Shown here in pieces: positions 34,084 to 44,505 of a stretch of DNA of 61,775 bases. The number at the start of each line of letters is the position of its first letter. The first letter of the stretch is position 1. Source of the DNA: an uncultured Candidatus Saccharimonadales bacterium (lineage in GTDB: Bacteria > Patescibacteriota > Saccharimonadia > UBA4664); assembly GCA_964467655.1 (NCBI GenBank), contig CAYXSN010000010.1, positions 1 to 61,775 of the forward strand, written 5' to 3'. Under the pieces are notes generated by a model. It did not search any database, was not told where the DNA came from, and saw only the letters and a program-made list of their open reading frames with translations. Both the position numbers and the translations under genes were made by a program.

Positions 34084-34959
34084 TTACAAATCCTCGGCAA
34101 AATCCCTGATAATTTGCCGTAATTCGCTGTTTGCTGCTGCCACTTCCAGATTGGCGCGCAGCCAGTTGGCGGTATTTCCAGAATCGAGGTAGGTGCCTTT
34201 GGTCTGGTGGACTACCACGGGCAGCTTGGCGGCTGCCATCTGAATAGCGTCGGTAATGTAGAGCTCACCGGATTTGGGGTCAGGCTTAACTTTTTTCAGG
34301 AATGGCAAGACTTGTGGGCTGATAATATATTTCGAAATGTTTATCAGGTTTGAGGGGGCCTCGCCAGGTTCTGGTTTTTCGACAATTTGTTCGAGATATT
34401 CGAAAGATCCCTGGCGTTTCGTGGCGAGTACGCCATAGCGATGAAGTTGGTCGGCGGGGCACTGGAGGGCGGTAACCGCGGCACTGGCGCCACTCTGGAC
34501 GAAGGTATCTATCATTTCCGCAGCTTCAAACCGGCCGTCGGTCCTCCAGATAAAATCATCGCCACCGGCCACAAAAACCGCCTCGTTTTTGGGTAAATGG
34601 GGCTTGGCGACCATGAGAGGCACGGCGGTTCCATAGCCGGCGTTTTCGGGCTGTTCAACGAAACTAAAAACTGCCTTTTCGTGGATTTCTTGAAGCTCCC
34701 GTAAGGCTGAATGTTTGCCGAGCCGTTCAAGCTGCCGTTCCAGGGCGGCGTTACCAGTGTAATAATCCTGCATACCATGAGAGTCGGGACGGATTACAAA
34801 GATAATCTTGGTGACGCCACTGGCAATTAAATCCGATACCACGTAGTCGATGACAGGGCGGTTTAAAATGGGCAATAGTTCCTTCTGGACGGCTGAAGTT
34901 GCCGGCAGCATTCGGGTCCCGCCGCCGGAAGCAAAGATAACGGCTGTTGTCACGTTCAT
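34084..34959 (-). CDS. galU: UTP--glucose-1-phosphate uridylyltransferase-like sugar nucleotidyltransferase
   Basis: ASGGGTRMLPATSAVQKELLPI nucleotidyltransferase signature. Start at ATG 34959 (MNVTTAV) after GAAGGAG. Confidence 0.75.
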   Translation of the reverse strand: MNVTTAVIFASGGGTRMLPATSAVQKELLPILNRPVIDYVVSDLIASGVTKIIFVIRPDSHGMQDYYTGNAALERQLERLGKHSALRELQEIHEKAVFSFVEQPENAGYGTAVPLMVAKPHLPKNEAVFVAGGDDFIWRTDGRFEAAEMIDTFVQSGASAAVTALQCPADQLHRYGVLATKRQGSFEYLEQIVEKPEPGEAPSNLINISKYIISPQVLPFLKKVKPDPKSGELYITDAIQMAAAKLPVVVHQTKGTYLDSGNTANWLRANLEVAAANSELRQIIRDFAEDL

Positions 34960-35000
34960 AATGTTTGAGCTCCTTCTAGCGGGCTGGTTACTCGCCAATG

Positions 35001-35999
35001 TTACCTAAAGTACGCCTGCATAATCAAGCGGGCGGTTTTGTCGGGATGATGTCTGATGAGAGTGCGGGGAATAATTTTGTCGGCGGCCGTGAGCCTCGGG
35101 ATACTATCGGCGACCAAGTCACCGGCGATTACCTGGTATTGTTGTTTGGCTAAGGCTTCAGGTTGAAACCCAACGGCGTACTCCCCTGCCCGGGCATATT
35201 TGTCGAGTAATTTCTGACTTGGCTGGTGTTGGTTGTAAATGACAAAGTTTAGTACCGCTTTGCCGATGAATCTCTCGATCTCGGCAGCGTAATCATGTAC
35301 CTGGAAACCGTCGGTTTGGCCCGGTTTGGTCACTAGGTTGGTAACATAGACGACGCAGGCTTTGGTGCTGGCTAATACTTCGCCGAGTCCTGGGACTACC
35401 AGGGTGGGGGCTAGGGACGCGTACAAGTTGCCTGGGGAAATCACTACCAGATCCGCGGTTTCAATAGCCGTTTTGGCTTCAGGGTTTAATTTTGGATTGG
35501 GTTCAAGACTTAGATGTGGCGGCTGAGACCTGTCGATGATGGCGCCCTCCACTGAGTGCTGGCCGACTACCCGAGAGCCGTCAGGCTGTGTGAGCACGAG
35601 CTTACTATTCGTCAGAGTGACGGGAACCACTCGTCCGGTGATGTTGAGGACCTTACTGGCGGTTCGAACCGCTTGGGCGAAATTGCCGGTGGTTTTTTCG
35701 AGCGCAGTCAGGAAAAGATTGCCAAAGGAATGGCCTTGCAGCGATCCTTCAGCGAAGCGATAATTGAACAGATCTCTCATGATCTGGTCTGATTCAGATA
35801 AGGCTACCAGGCACTGTCTGATATCGCCGGGTGGTAATACGCCCAGTTCGTCACGTAAGCTACCGGTAGAACCACCGTCATCAGACATGTTGACGATAGC
35901 GGTGATATCTCTGACATAGTTTTTCAGGCCAGACAATACAGTGAAACTGCCGGTGCCACCACCGATCACCACTACTCGGGGACCTTGGTTTTGAGTCAT
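35001..35999 (-). CDS. YvcK/CofD family protein (gluconeogenesis factor-like)
   Basis: VVVIGGGTGSFTVLSGLK and DGGSTG motifs. Start at ATG 35999 after GGAG. Confidence 0.85.
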   Translation of the reverse strand: MTQNQGPRVVVIGGGTGSFTVLSGLKNYVRDITAIVNMSDDGGSTGSLRDELGVLPPGDIRQCLVALSESDQIMRDLFNYRFAEGSLQGHSFGNLFLTALEKTTGNFAQAVRTASKVLNITGRVVPVTLTNSKLVLTQPDGSRVVGQHSVEGAIIDRSQPPHLSLEPNPKLNPEAKTAIETADLVVISPGNLYASLAPTLVVPGLGEVLASTKACVVYVTNLVTKPGQTDGFQVHDYAAEIERFIGKAVLNFVIYNQHQPSQKLLDKYARAGEYAVGFQPEALAKQQYQVIAGDLVADSIPRLTAADKIIPRTLIRHHPDKTARLIMQAYFR

Positions 36000-37384
36000 G
36001 AGGTGAGCTCCTTGCTGCAATGATCTTGAAGATCCTTGATGGCCACTCGTTGCTGCTCCATGGTGTCGCGGTGCCGCACAGTCACTGCTTGGTCATTGAG
36101 GGTGTCAAAGTCTATGACGACACACAAGGGGGTGCCGATTTCGTCTTGTCGACGATAGCGCTTACCAATATTGCCATTGTCGTCATAGACGACGTGGCCA
36201 AAGTGTTGCTTGAGCTGCCGATAGACGGCTTGGGCTGACTCGACGAGCTCAGGTTTGTTGCGCAGTAACGGGGAAACAGCAATTTTTACCGGTGCTAGTT
36301 CTGGCTTGAGCTTCAGAACGATACGAGTATCATGCTCCCCTACTGCCTCTTCGTGATAGGCTGCGGCCAGGACGGCTAAAACGTGCCGATCGAGTCCAAA
36401 TGTGGGTTCGAGTACGTGAGGCACGAACTTTTCATTTGTGGTCGGATCTGTATAGCTGAGATCTATGCCTGACGCCTTCATGTGGTTGCTGAGGTCAAAA
36501 TCGGTGCGGTAAGCAATGGCGCCAAGCTCTTTGACGCCAAAGGGAAACGCATATTCGAGATCGATGCTCTTTTTGGAATAATGGGCCCGGTCGGCATCGG
36601 GTACATCGAGCTCATGAATATCGGCTTTCTCGAGGCCAATACGCTCAAACCAGGCATAGTAGAGCTTCATGAGGCGTTTAAACTCGCTTTCCCAAGTGTC
36701 GGGATGGATGAAATACTCAAACTCCATAATCTCGAGTTCCCTCACTCTGAAAATGAAGTCTTTGGCGGTAATCTCATTCCTGAAGTTTTTGCCGATTTGG
36801 GCTAGGCCAAATGGTAGGCGTGGATGGAGGCTGTCGAGTACGTTTTTGAAGTTTACAAACATACCTTGGGCGGTTTCCGGTCGCAAGTACACCCTGGCTG
36901 AGGTATCGTCTACTGGTCCGATCTGGGTTTTAAACATCATATTGAATGTGCGGACAGTGCTCAGAGTATTGCCGTCGGGGCTTTTGAGACCGAGCTCTTT
37001 GATCTTGGCATCCATCTGAGGTACTGTCAGGCTGGCGGCATCGTCAATGCCATGGTCCTCGAGGAGGTGATCTGCCCGGTAGCGCTTATTGGTCACGAGG
37101 TCTTCGACGAGTGGATCTTCGAAACCGGCGCCGGTGTGGCCACTGGCTTCCCAGACCCGGGCATTCATGAGAATAGCGGTGTCGAGGCCAAACATATTGT
37201 CTTGCTCGGTCACAAAGTGCCGCCACCATATATCTTTGATGTTATTTTTGAGCAAAACGCCATAAGGGCCGTAATCCCAGGTACCACCTAACCCGCCATA
37301 GATTTCCGAACCCTGGTAAATAAACCCTCGCCGCTTGGTTAGGGCAACTAATGTTTCGAGTGTGGTGGCTGTGCTGTGCTTCAT
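35996..37384 (-). CDS. glyQS: glycyl-tRNA synthetase (alpha2 dimeric type)
   Basis: RRGFIYQGSEIYGG N-terminus, class II motifs and an anticodon-binding C-terminus. TGcTACAAT lies 7 nt upstream of the ATG. Confidence 0.95.
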   Translation of the reverse strand: MKHSTATTLETLVALTKRRGFIYQGSEIYGGLGGTWDYGPYGVLLKNNIKDIWWRHFVTEQDNMFGLDTAILMNARVWEASGHTGAGFEDPLVEDLVTNKRYRADHLLEDHGIDDAASLTVPQMDAKIKELGLKSPDGNTLSTVRTFNMMFKTQIGPVDDTSARVYLRPETAQGMFVNFKNVLDSLHPRLPFGLAQIGKNFRNEITAKDFIFRVRELEIMEFEYFIHPDTWESEFKRLMKLYYAWFERIGLEKADIHELDVPDADRAHYSKKSIDLEYAFPFGVKELGAIAYRTDFDLSNHMKASGIDLSYTDPTTNEKFVPHVLEPTFGLDRHVLAVLAAAYHEEAVGEHDTRIVLKLKPELAPVKIAVSPLLRNKPELVESAQAVYRQLKQHFGHVVYDDNGNIGKRYRRQDEIGTPLCVVIDFDTLNDQAVTVRHRDTMEQQRVAIKDLQDHCSKELTS

Positions 37385-37450
37385 GGCAGCTATTGTAGCA
37401 CGAGGCTGCTGTAAAGCCGCGCAAGATTTACGGCTTGGTTACCTTAGCTA

Positions 37451-40135
37451 CTACGGGGTATATACCACATCGACCCAGTAGTTGGTAGCATTGAACGAGT
37501 CGGTCGGAAAGCCGCCCCCGTATTTGTACACGCCATTGCCTGCTACAGCGGTGCTGCTTGGCACATGTAATGGGGTGTTATCCACTCCAGTGGCAAAGAA
37601 ATTACTGTCGTAGGAGTAGTTACCAGCCGGTGCAAAGTATGATGCCACGTAGGTAGTATTTGCCGCAATGGTGACGGGTGCAGCGAACGTAGCGGTTTGC
37701 CAACCGCTGGCTGTCTCATTGGCTACCGTTGCAGTTGCCAGCGCCGAGCCGGCACTATCCCAGAGTGTAACCGTGTGGGTACCTGAGTTGGCGCTGCCGC
37801 CTTTGTAGAACTTGATAGCGGTAATCTTGCCGGCGGTGTCAGCGTTGAATTTTAGACCCAATTCCACAGCCGCAGTATCGTTCGCCAATGGATTGGTCGG
37901 TACAGTCGTTGCGGGCCAGATTGAACATGGGCACGTCGTGCCGACGACAGTGAATGTCCATGTTTTGGTGGTTGCGAGCGCGTTGCCTGATATGTCCTTG
38001 ACCACTGGAGCGGTTGAGCCGCCGCGAATCGTTGCGGTGTACGTGCCGCTGGACAGGGTTGCTACGGGATCAAGTATGACCTGCTTAGTGGGGGCGTTAT
38101 AGGTGATGGTTGCAGGAACTATGACGTTACTGCTGTTTTTGAGGGACATTGTAGTGTTGTTGACGGTGGTATGGTCCATTGCTTCGCTGAAAATAGCTGT
38201 AATGTTACCGGTACTACTCACATTGCTAGCGCCATTACTCGGTACGGTAGTTGTTACGGTCGGAGCAGTGGTGTCAGTAGCATAGCTGGCAGTGAATGTG
38301 CCAGTACTGGCCGCAAATACCGCATACTGAATGCCTTTTATGACTTCTGTGGTGTAACTAACGGCCGCTCCAGATTTCGTGATACCTGTAAGCCGACCCT
38401 TGCTTGAGCTGAGCGGGAGCATCGTCCGCAGCATGCCATTGGTGCCAGCATCGACTGTTGTCGTGAAACTGAGATTATTGCCGCTCCACGTAGGCGTTCC
38501 CAGTGAAGAATTGTTGCGAGCATCTGACCAACTCAACATCTGTTGTCCTGAAACGAGCGGTACGCCCCGGGATTGGGCGGCGACGATGAGCTGTTGGTCG
38601 AAGCTGTCGGAAAAGTCATAGTGGGTACCAAATGCGCCATAGTAGCCCTCGGGGCCGAGCGCACGATCAAGTACTGTGTTGATTGCTTGCGGAAAGGCCA
38701 TGCCGCTTTCGTTGACCAAGTGTGAGGGTATCTGGTAGACGTCAATCATAGAGCCGTCGCTGTCGGCAAAGCGCATTGGGACGCCGTTGCCCGTAAAGAA
38801 TCCGGGCCGATTTTGCACCCAGCTACCTGGCCAGTAATAGTAGTTCAGATCAAGCCGCAAGCCATGTGCGAGTTCGGTTTTGGGTTCGGTAGCCCAGTCA
38901 CTCCAGGCTATACAGTGGGTGCGTTTGACATGTTGTGCGGTCAAGCTTGGATATTTGGTAGCGAACGCGGACAGATCGGCCGAAAAGGCATTTTCAAGGG
39001 AAGTTGGCGTCCAGTCTGCGCAGCCCGTGCTGACATGCGACCCGATATCGAAACCCTGTGCAGCAAAACTGGCCGCAGTAGTGTCTGTCATCGGTGATGA
39101 GTCGTACATGAGAGAAGTAGAGCGGGCACACTCCCAGTTTGCGACATTACAACCGGCTGGTGATGCAGTCAGCAAACGGTTGAAACTGTCTTGGGTACCA
39201 GATGTGGTGCCGTGGTCGTCACTGGCCATCACCATAACTGCCTTGGACCCTTTCGGGAAATACCAGAAATGCGGTAGCACCTTTCGGTCCTTGTTCATCA
39301 TTTGGATCATGTTGCCGAGCAAACGCTGCTGTTCGTCAGCTTGAGGTATTGCCACTTTATCTAAGTTGATGTAGTCGGGCTGCACATCGCCCGCTTTTGC
39401 GCCGTAAAATAGGTCATTAGGACGGATTGGGCTACTGCCATCACGCTCCTGTCCCGCCCAAGCTGGATTGCCTTGATGGGTGTACACGACAGATTTTGCA
39501 AGGTCGTAGGTGAATGCCGCGGCTTGTCCACCCTTGGTTCCGACATTGCGCAGTGATACTGCAGGATTTGTCGTGGCGGTCGTGGCGTTGGAGTATAGCG
39601 TTGCAACGGCTGAGGTGCCGCTCGCTAATGCGTACTTGTCTGCGACACCGTGGTACTGCATGGTTTGGTTGGTAATGCCTAGCCCCGGTGCACTTGTCGT
39701 GTTCGGCAGCATATAACCTTCGGCCAGGGTTGCCGCTTGGTCGGTGAGACCGAGCAAGTTTGCTAGTTTTTTGTCTGGTCGCATCGCGATAAGGTTGCCG
39801 CCGTTATTAACCCACGTTGTGACGGTGCTCACCTGTGTCGTAGTGAGTGGCACTTCGCCAATAATCACGACATCATACTGGTTGAGTAAGGTTGCGGTGA
39901 TAGCAGAAACATCGGCAGTTGCGAAGGTGTTGTAGCCCTCGGCTCGCAGGATCTCACTATAGTAACGGCTAAATTTATTGGCAGTATTCTGGATGACGAG
40001 CACTGGACCACCAGGCCCCTGATCAAGTGGTAGTGCCACTGCCTGGGCATTGGGCTGTATACCGATGAAGAGTGAAGTGATGGTAAGAAGTGTCAGAAAT
40101 GCGTGTTTGCCTCGGTTGATCGATGTCTTTAGCAT
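37451..40135 (-). CDS. large secreted protein with an Ig-like (SbsA/Big_5-type) domain and a C-terminal DUF4082-like domain
   Basis: Signal peptide ending AQA. Ig-like segment APTVTTTVPSNGASNV...TWTFTV. C-terminus ELGLKFNADTAGKITAIKFYKG...NYWVDVVY matches the DUF4082 pattern. Confidence 0.75.
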   Translation of the reverse strand: MLKTSINRGKHAFLTLLTITSLFIGIQPNAQAVALPLDQGPGGPVLVIQNTANKFSRYYSEILRAEGYNTFATADVSAITATLLNQYDVVIIGEVPLTTTQVSTVTTWVNNGGNLIAMRPDKKLANLLGLTDQAATLAEGYMLPNTTSAPGLGITNQTMQYHGVADKYALASGTSAVATLYSNATTATTNPAVSLRNVGTKGGQAAAFTYDLAKSVVYTHQGNPAWAGQERDGSSPIRPNDLFYGAKAGDVQPDYINLDKVAIPQADEQQRLLGNMIQMMNKDRKVLPHFWYFPKGSKAVMVMASDDHGTTSGTQDSFNRLLTASPAGCNVANWECARSTSLMYDSSPMTDTTAASFAAQGFDIGSHVSTGCADWTPTSLENAFSADLSAFATKYPSLTAQHVKRTHCIAWSDWATEPKTELAHGLRLDLNYYYWPGSWVQNRPGFFTGNGVPMRFADSDGSMIDVYQIPSHLVNESGMAFPQAINTVLDRALGPEGYYGAFGTHYDFSDSFDQQLIVAAQSRGVPLVSGQQMLSWSDARNNSSLGTPTWSGNNLSFTTTVDAGTNGMLRTMLPLSSSKGRLTGITKSGAAVSYTTEVIKGIQYAVFAASTGTFTASYATDTTAPTVTTTVPSNGASNVSSTGNITAIFSEAMDHTTVNNTTMSLKNSSNVIVPATITYNAPTKQVILDPVATLSSGTYTATIRGGSTAPVVKDISGNALATTKTWTFTVVGTTCPCSIWPATTVPTNPLANDTAAVELGLKFNADTAGKITAIKFYKGGSANSGTHTVTLWDSAGSALATATVANETASGWQTATFAAPVTIAANTTYVASYFAPAGNYSYDSNFFATGVDNTPLHVPSSTAVAGNGVYKYGGGFPTDSFNATNYWVDVVYTP

Positions 40136-40232
40136 TGTAACCCCAGGTTATTGAATGAGTAGTTCGTGAACATTGTAATACGGCTGCCTGTTTTACGCTA
40201 ATGCTTATATGTGGCATGTGAGCCGGGCGAAT

Positions 40233-40940
40233 CTAGATTGTCCTGACATGTTCATCGAAAAAATGACGGCTTAGGGCTAGGGTTGTTTGGGCGATTTCAG
40301 GAGCGCCCTGGACGTGTTTGATGAGGTGGAACGGCTGCTGGCCCATGAGTCGCCACAGTTTGATGCCGGCTATATCGATGGCCGGTGCACCGGGCAATGC
40401 GCAAAATTGACAGATAATGCCACCGCGGGTGGCGTCGAAATAATAGGCTCTGTCGGTGCCGGTATGGCTACACAGTAAGCAGTGGCCAAGCTCAGGTTGA
40501 TAGCCAAGGGCCGAGGCTATCTGCAGCCTGAACCATAGCTCAACCAAGCCGGGCGGGCTGCCGGCATTCAGCTCACCGATGAAAGTCTTGAGAGCTAAGT
40601 AAGCCAAGGGTTGGGGCTGACCATTTTCGAGTAGCCTTTCGAGGATTGCAGCTAATGTGATAGTTGGTTCGAGGAGATGCCAGTTTCTGGCAAGGTTATG
40701 GGGATACGATTGAAGGCTGGCGCCGGTGATAACATCGAGGCTTCCCCGTCCTGTGGTTAGGCTTAATGTGACGGTGCCTAGTGGCTCTAAATGGCCGGCG
40801 AGGCGACTTTTGATCTTGCGGACACCGCGAGCGACGGCACTTATCTTGCCGTGGTCTGGAGTAATAAAGCGGATGATTCTATCCGCTTCACCAAGGTTGG
40901 TCCGGCCGACCACCAAACCAGTCGTTTGGTAACTCGGCAT
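40233..40940 (-). CDS. recO: DNA repair protein RecO
   Basis: OB-fold N-terminus (GLVVGRTNLGEADRII) and zinc motif CLLC...CQFC. Start chosen at ATG 40940, because the longer ORF would overlap the response regulator gene. Confidence 0.85.
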   Translation of the reverse strand: MPSYQTTGLVVGRTNLGEADRIIRFITPDHGKISAVARGVRKIKSRLAGHLEPLGTVTLSLTTGRGSLDVITGASLQSYPHNLARNWHLLEPTITLAAILERLLENGQPQPLAYLALKTFIGELNAGSPPGLVELWFRLQIASALGYQPELGHCLLCSHTGTDRAYYFDATRGGIICQFCALPGAPAIDIAGIKLWRLMGQQPFHLIKHVQGAPEIAQTTLALSRHFFDEHVRTI

Positions 40941-40953
40941 CGCCTGGTCCGCC

Positions 40954-41361
40954 TTACTCTTCGCCGGCAGGAGGAGTCGGACGATGGCTATGCATGACCT
41001 TGACGGCTTTGGCGACCACTTCATCGGGTGTGTGGTGGCTTTTGATCAGGTAATCATTCACCCCGAGTGCTTTGGCTAATTCCTGGTTCATGTCGACTTC
41101 GGCTTGACCTAGGTTGGTGAGCAAGATAACGGGAATCTGACGTAGTTCAGGTTGTTTCTTGATCTCTTTGAGTACATGGAAGCCGTTGAGTTTAGGCATG
41201 AGGATATCGAGCAAAATTAAGTCAGGCCGAAAATCCTCTAAGATTTTGAGGCAGTCTTCGCCGTTGGTAGCCACTTTGACATCGTGGTCTTCAAGTTCAA
41301 ATTTGGCTTGGTACATTTCTACCAAGATGGTGTCGTCTTCTACCAGTAAAATCTTGGCCAT
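40954..41361 (-). CDS. single-domain response regulator (receiver only)
   Basis: KILLVEDD, phospho-acceptor DLILLDILMP, and a conserved LTNLG / K pattern. No output domain. Confidence 0.9.
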   Translation of the reverse strand: MAKILLVEDDTILVEMYQAKFELEDHDVKVATNGEDCLKILEDFRPDLILLDILMPKLNGFHVLKEIKKQPELRQIPVILLTNLGQAEVDMNQELAKALGVNDYLIKSHHTPDEVVAKAVKVMHSHRPTPPAGEE

Positions 41362-41409
41362 TTATCCTCCTAAAAACCTCTTTAGAGCTGCACCACTAGT
41401 GTAGCCGAC

Positions 41410-43713
41410 TTAGCCGATCAAGGGAAGCTGTTTGGCTACCGGAATGGTGAAAGAGAATTTACTGCCCTTGCCTTCGATTGAGGTTGCCCAGATGCGGCCA
41501 CCGTGGTTTTCAACTAAGCTTTTAACGATATAAAGCCCCAAACCGGTGCCGCCAGCTTGAACGCTCAAAGGGTTATAGATACGGCCAAACTTGGTGAATA
41601 GTCGGCTAATCTGACCCTTGTTGATACCCACACCATGGTCGGTAACTGTTGTCAGCAAGTTGTCACCCTGTACCTTGCAGGTGATGTCTACTTCGGTGCC
41701 ATTGGGCGAATACTTGATGGCGTTATCAATCAAGTTTAGCACTATCTGATGCAATCTGGTCTCGTCTGCGAGTACTAACGGCAACCGGCTGCGCCGTCTG
41801 ATATTGATGAGCACTTGTTTAGCAGCTCCTTTGGCGGCTAGTTCTGCGACGACTTCATTGATGACGGCTTCCATAGAGGTAGGGGCGATGGTGAGGTTGA
41901 TTTTGCCTGATTCGATGTAGGTGGCGTCCATGAGGTCTTCGACCAAGTCAATCATGCGCTGGTTGCTCTGGTAGACGCGGCTCAGATAATGGAACTGTTT
42001 GGCACTGAGCTCTCCGAAATCTTGTTTGAGAGTCATCGATAAAAAGCCTTTGATGGCCGTGAGTGGTGTGCGTAGTTCGTGTGAGACGATGGAGATAAAA
42101 TCGGATTTAATCTCTTCGACCTCGCGGTCTTTGGTAGTATCGCGGATGATGGCAATTCCCGAGGTGACGGTACCACTATCATCGAAGATTGGCGAGTAGC
42201 TGATTTCGGTCCAGATGCGGTTGCCCGAGCGGTTTTCAATGAGCTGTTCACTATTGGTAATGGTGGCGCCACTAGCCAAGACCTGCTCAAGTGATGGAAT
42301 GCCAGCGTTGGCCGAATCCGGACCGACGGTCTTGATGACCTTGCCAAAAGCTTTGCCGATGGCATCTGCTGCCTGGTAGCCGGTGATGGTCGATGAAGCT
42401 GGATTGAACCCCACAATGGTCCCCTTTTGATCGAAGATCACAATGCCTTCCTCGGTAAACCTGAAGACCGCTTCCCATCTTTCGCGGCGGGCATTCACGT
42501 CGTTGTAGAGTGAAGCGTTCTCTGAGATGACAGCCAGCCTTGTGGCAGCCAGCCTGAGGAGTCGAACATCATGGTCGTCATAACTGCTAGGTCGGTAGAT
42601 AAGGATTACACCCAGGCATTTGGAATGATGGGTAATCGGTAATGCCAGGCATGCCGCTTGGCGCCTCGTAGCAGCGGTCTTGAAAGGCTTGCGGGCGGCA
42701 AATGCCTGGGCGGCTAGATGGCGTTGAGCAAGGGAGACAATGACTGGCAGATTGTTATCTTCTGCCGGTATCCCCGAAGCAAGCATGAGGGCTTGCCGGC
42801 TGGGTTCGTAGCTATAGATCCCCACTGTGGTTGAATCAAGTAGTATGGCGATCTTTTGGACATATTTTTCATAAATACTCTCGAGGTTAAAGCCAACGAT
42901 GGCCGACAGTTCAGCCAATTGAGATAGCTCTCGCAGATGCCGCTGAGCCTTGGAGGCCATAGCGCCAGCTTCAATGGTTTTATCAGTCAGAGTTGTAATG
43001 TCCCGTGCGGCAGCCATAGCACCGGTGACTTCACCGTTCATGACTATCGGACCGAATGACACCTGAATGTGCCGGCCTGCATCAGCAATGTCAAGATACA
43101 AAATGGAGCTTTGGCCGAGCATGACGCGGCCCAGTAACTCATCAAGATCGGTATCAAAGGCTACTTGATGGACTGACTTGGTGTGGGTGAAAATCGGCAA
43201 TCCGACTGGCGATTCTTTGATATCAAACACCGTTTGCCATTCAGTGTTTGACTCTATGACGGTGCCTTGCTTGTCAATCATAGCGATGCCGTCTTGGAGG
43301 TTGTTAATCATGGTGGTTAACTTGTTTTTTTCCAGATATAACGGCGTGACATCGTGAAAGGCAATCGCAATACTTTTGGTCGTTTCGCCGCCGGGTTGGT
43401 AAGGGCTCAAGAGGGCTTCAAAGTATTGCACTTGTTGGTTATGCTGTCGTGTGAATTGGCAACTCGTTGGTTGCCCCTTGAATGCTGTGACTAAACATTT
43501 TTCAACTACTTGGTTGTCACAGTCGAGGCGCGCTGTTTGGGCGGCTTCGTAGATATTTGGCAGATGTTTCATGGCTTGGTCTGTCAGTCCGAGAATTTGC
43601 CGGGCCGCCGGATTGGCATAGACAATCTGCCGACTCGGGTCGACTATCACAATGCCATCACGAAGCGTATCGGTCAGGGAATGTTCAGACAATGCCTTTG
43701 ATGTCTTAGTCAT
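41410..43713 (-). CDS. cytoplasmic multi-PAS/GAF sensor histidine kinase
   Basis: H-box SIVSHELRTPL, N-box LIDNAIKYS and G-box GTGLGLYIV. Several PAS-like repeats and no TM segment. Confidence 0.9.
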   Translation of the reverse strand: MTKTSKALSEHSLTDTLRDGIVIVDPSRQIVYANPAARQILGLTDQAMKHLPNIYEAAQTARLDCDNQVVEKCLVTAFKGQPTSCQFTRQHNQQVQYFEALLSPYQPGGETTKSIAIAFHDVTPLYLEKNKLTTMINNLQDGIAMIDKQGTVIESNTEWQTVFDIKESPVGLPIFTHTKSVHQVAFDTDLDELLGRVMLGQSSILYLDIADAGRHIQVSFGPIVMNGEVTGAMAAARDITTLTDKTIEAGAMASKAQRHLRELSQLAELSAIVGFNLESIYEKYVQKIAILLDSTTVGIYSYEPSRQALMLASGIPAEDNNLPVIVSLAQRHLAAQAFAARKPFKTAATRRQAACLALPITHHSKCLGVILIYRPSSYDDHDVRLLRLAATRLAVISENASLYNDVNARRERWEAVFRFTEEGIVIFDQKGTIVGFNPASSTITGYQAADAIGKAFGKVIKTVGPDSANAGIPSLEQVLASGATITNSEQLIENRSGNRIWTEISYSPIFDDSGTVTSGIAIIRDTTKDREVEEIKSDFISIVSHELRTPLTAIKGFLSMTLKQDFGELSAKQFHYLSRVYQSNQRMIDLVEDLMDATYIESGKINLTIAPTSMEAVINEVVAELAAKGAAKQVLINIRRRSRLPLVLADETRLHQIVLNLIDNAIKYSPNGTEVDITCKVQGDNLLTTVTDHGVGINKGQISRLFTKFGRIYNPLSVQAGGTGLGLYIVKSLVENHGGRIWATSIEGKGSKFSFTIPVAKQLPLIG

Positions 43714-43772
43714 GTACCACCTTCATCCTCTAACCCTAGCACTGGGTAGCGGCTTAACTCAAGCTTTTGAAG

Positions 43773-44462
43773 TTAGGGGATGATACGGGATTGGGCCAGG
43801 ATTTCGTTGAACTCGTTGGCGTAATTTTTGTTTTCGTTATTGAATAGGATGACTTTGTCACGGACTGGTACGATAACCTGACGCACTGTCTTTTTATCGC
43901 TAAAGGTGCCAGTGACGTCGAAAGCTGGTAAGCCCGAAACAGTGGTGACAGATTTTTTGAGTTTGCCGTTTTTGACCTGGGAATCTATGGTGCTCATAAA
44001 TTGGTTCTGGGTTTGCTCTAGGAGTATAATTCTGGCGCCGTTTGGTTCGGCTTGCGAGTTGGTAGAGCGGACAAAGTCTGGGTTGAGCTGCAGATTCACT
44101 TGGGTACCTGAGGACTTTTCTTCGACATAGCTTGCCCAGCTTTTAGGAAACTTTATCTCGAATGAGCCAAAGGCTACGGGCGCCGTGTATGACCGGTAAG
44201 GGTTTTCGGCTTGTAGGGTGTAGGCTTCATCATCGGCTTGTTTTTGCTCAGCTTTGGCGGCTGTCACTGCGTTACCAACTTTGCTTGCTAGAGTTTTTTT
44301 GGCTTCGGTAGCCTGGCTGTAAAATAGGGCGGCCATCACGCCAAATACCAGCGTACCCAGACCAAACAGCAGAGCAACAATGAGCGTCACGGGGGGACCA
44401 GACTTCTTGGGGGTCATGGCTTGATAGAGGGGGCTTGGTGGTGGCGATTGGGGAGGTGGCAT
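43773..44462 (-). CDS. membrane-anchored extracytoplasmic protein of unknown function
   Basis: Pro-rich N-terminus, one TM segment (VTLIVALLFGLGTLVFGVMAALF), then a soluble domain. TATAAA lies 8 nt upstream of the ATG. Confidence 0.5.
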   Translation of the reverse strand: MPPPQSPPPSPLYQAMTPKKSGPPVTLIVALLFGLGTLVFGVMAALFYSQATEAKKTLASKVGNAVTAAKAEQKQADDEAYTLQAENPYRSYTAPVAFGSFEIKFPKSWASYVEEKSSGTQVNLQLNPDFVRSTNSQAEPNGARIILLEQTQNQFMSTIDSQVKNGKLKKSVTTVSGLPAFDVTGTFSDKKTVRQVIVPVRDKVILFNNENKNYANEFNEILAQSRIIP

Positions 44463-44505
44463 TGTGTTCGTTTATAGACTTATGACTCTCTTATTGCTTA
44501 TGCTA

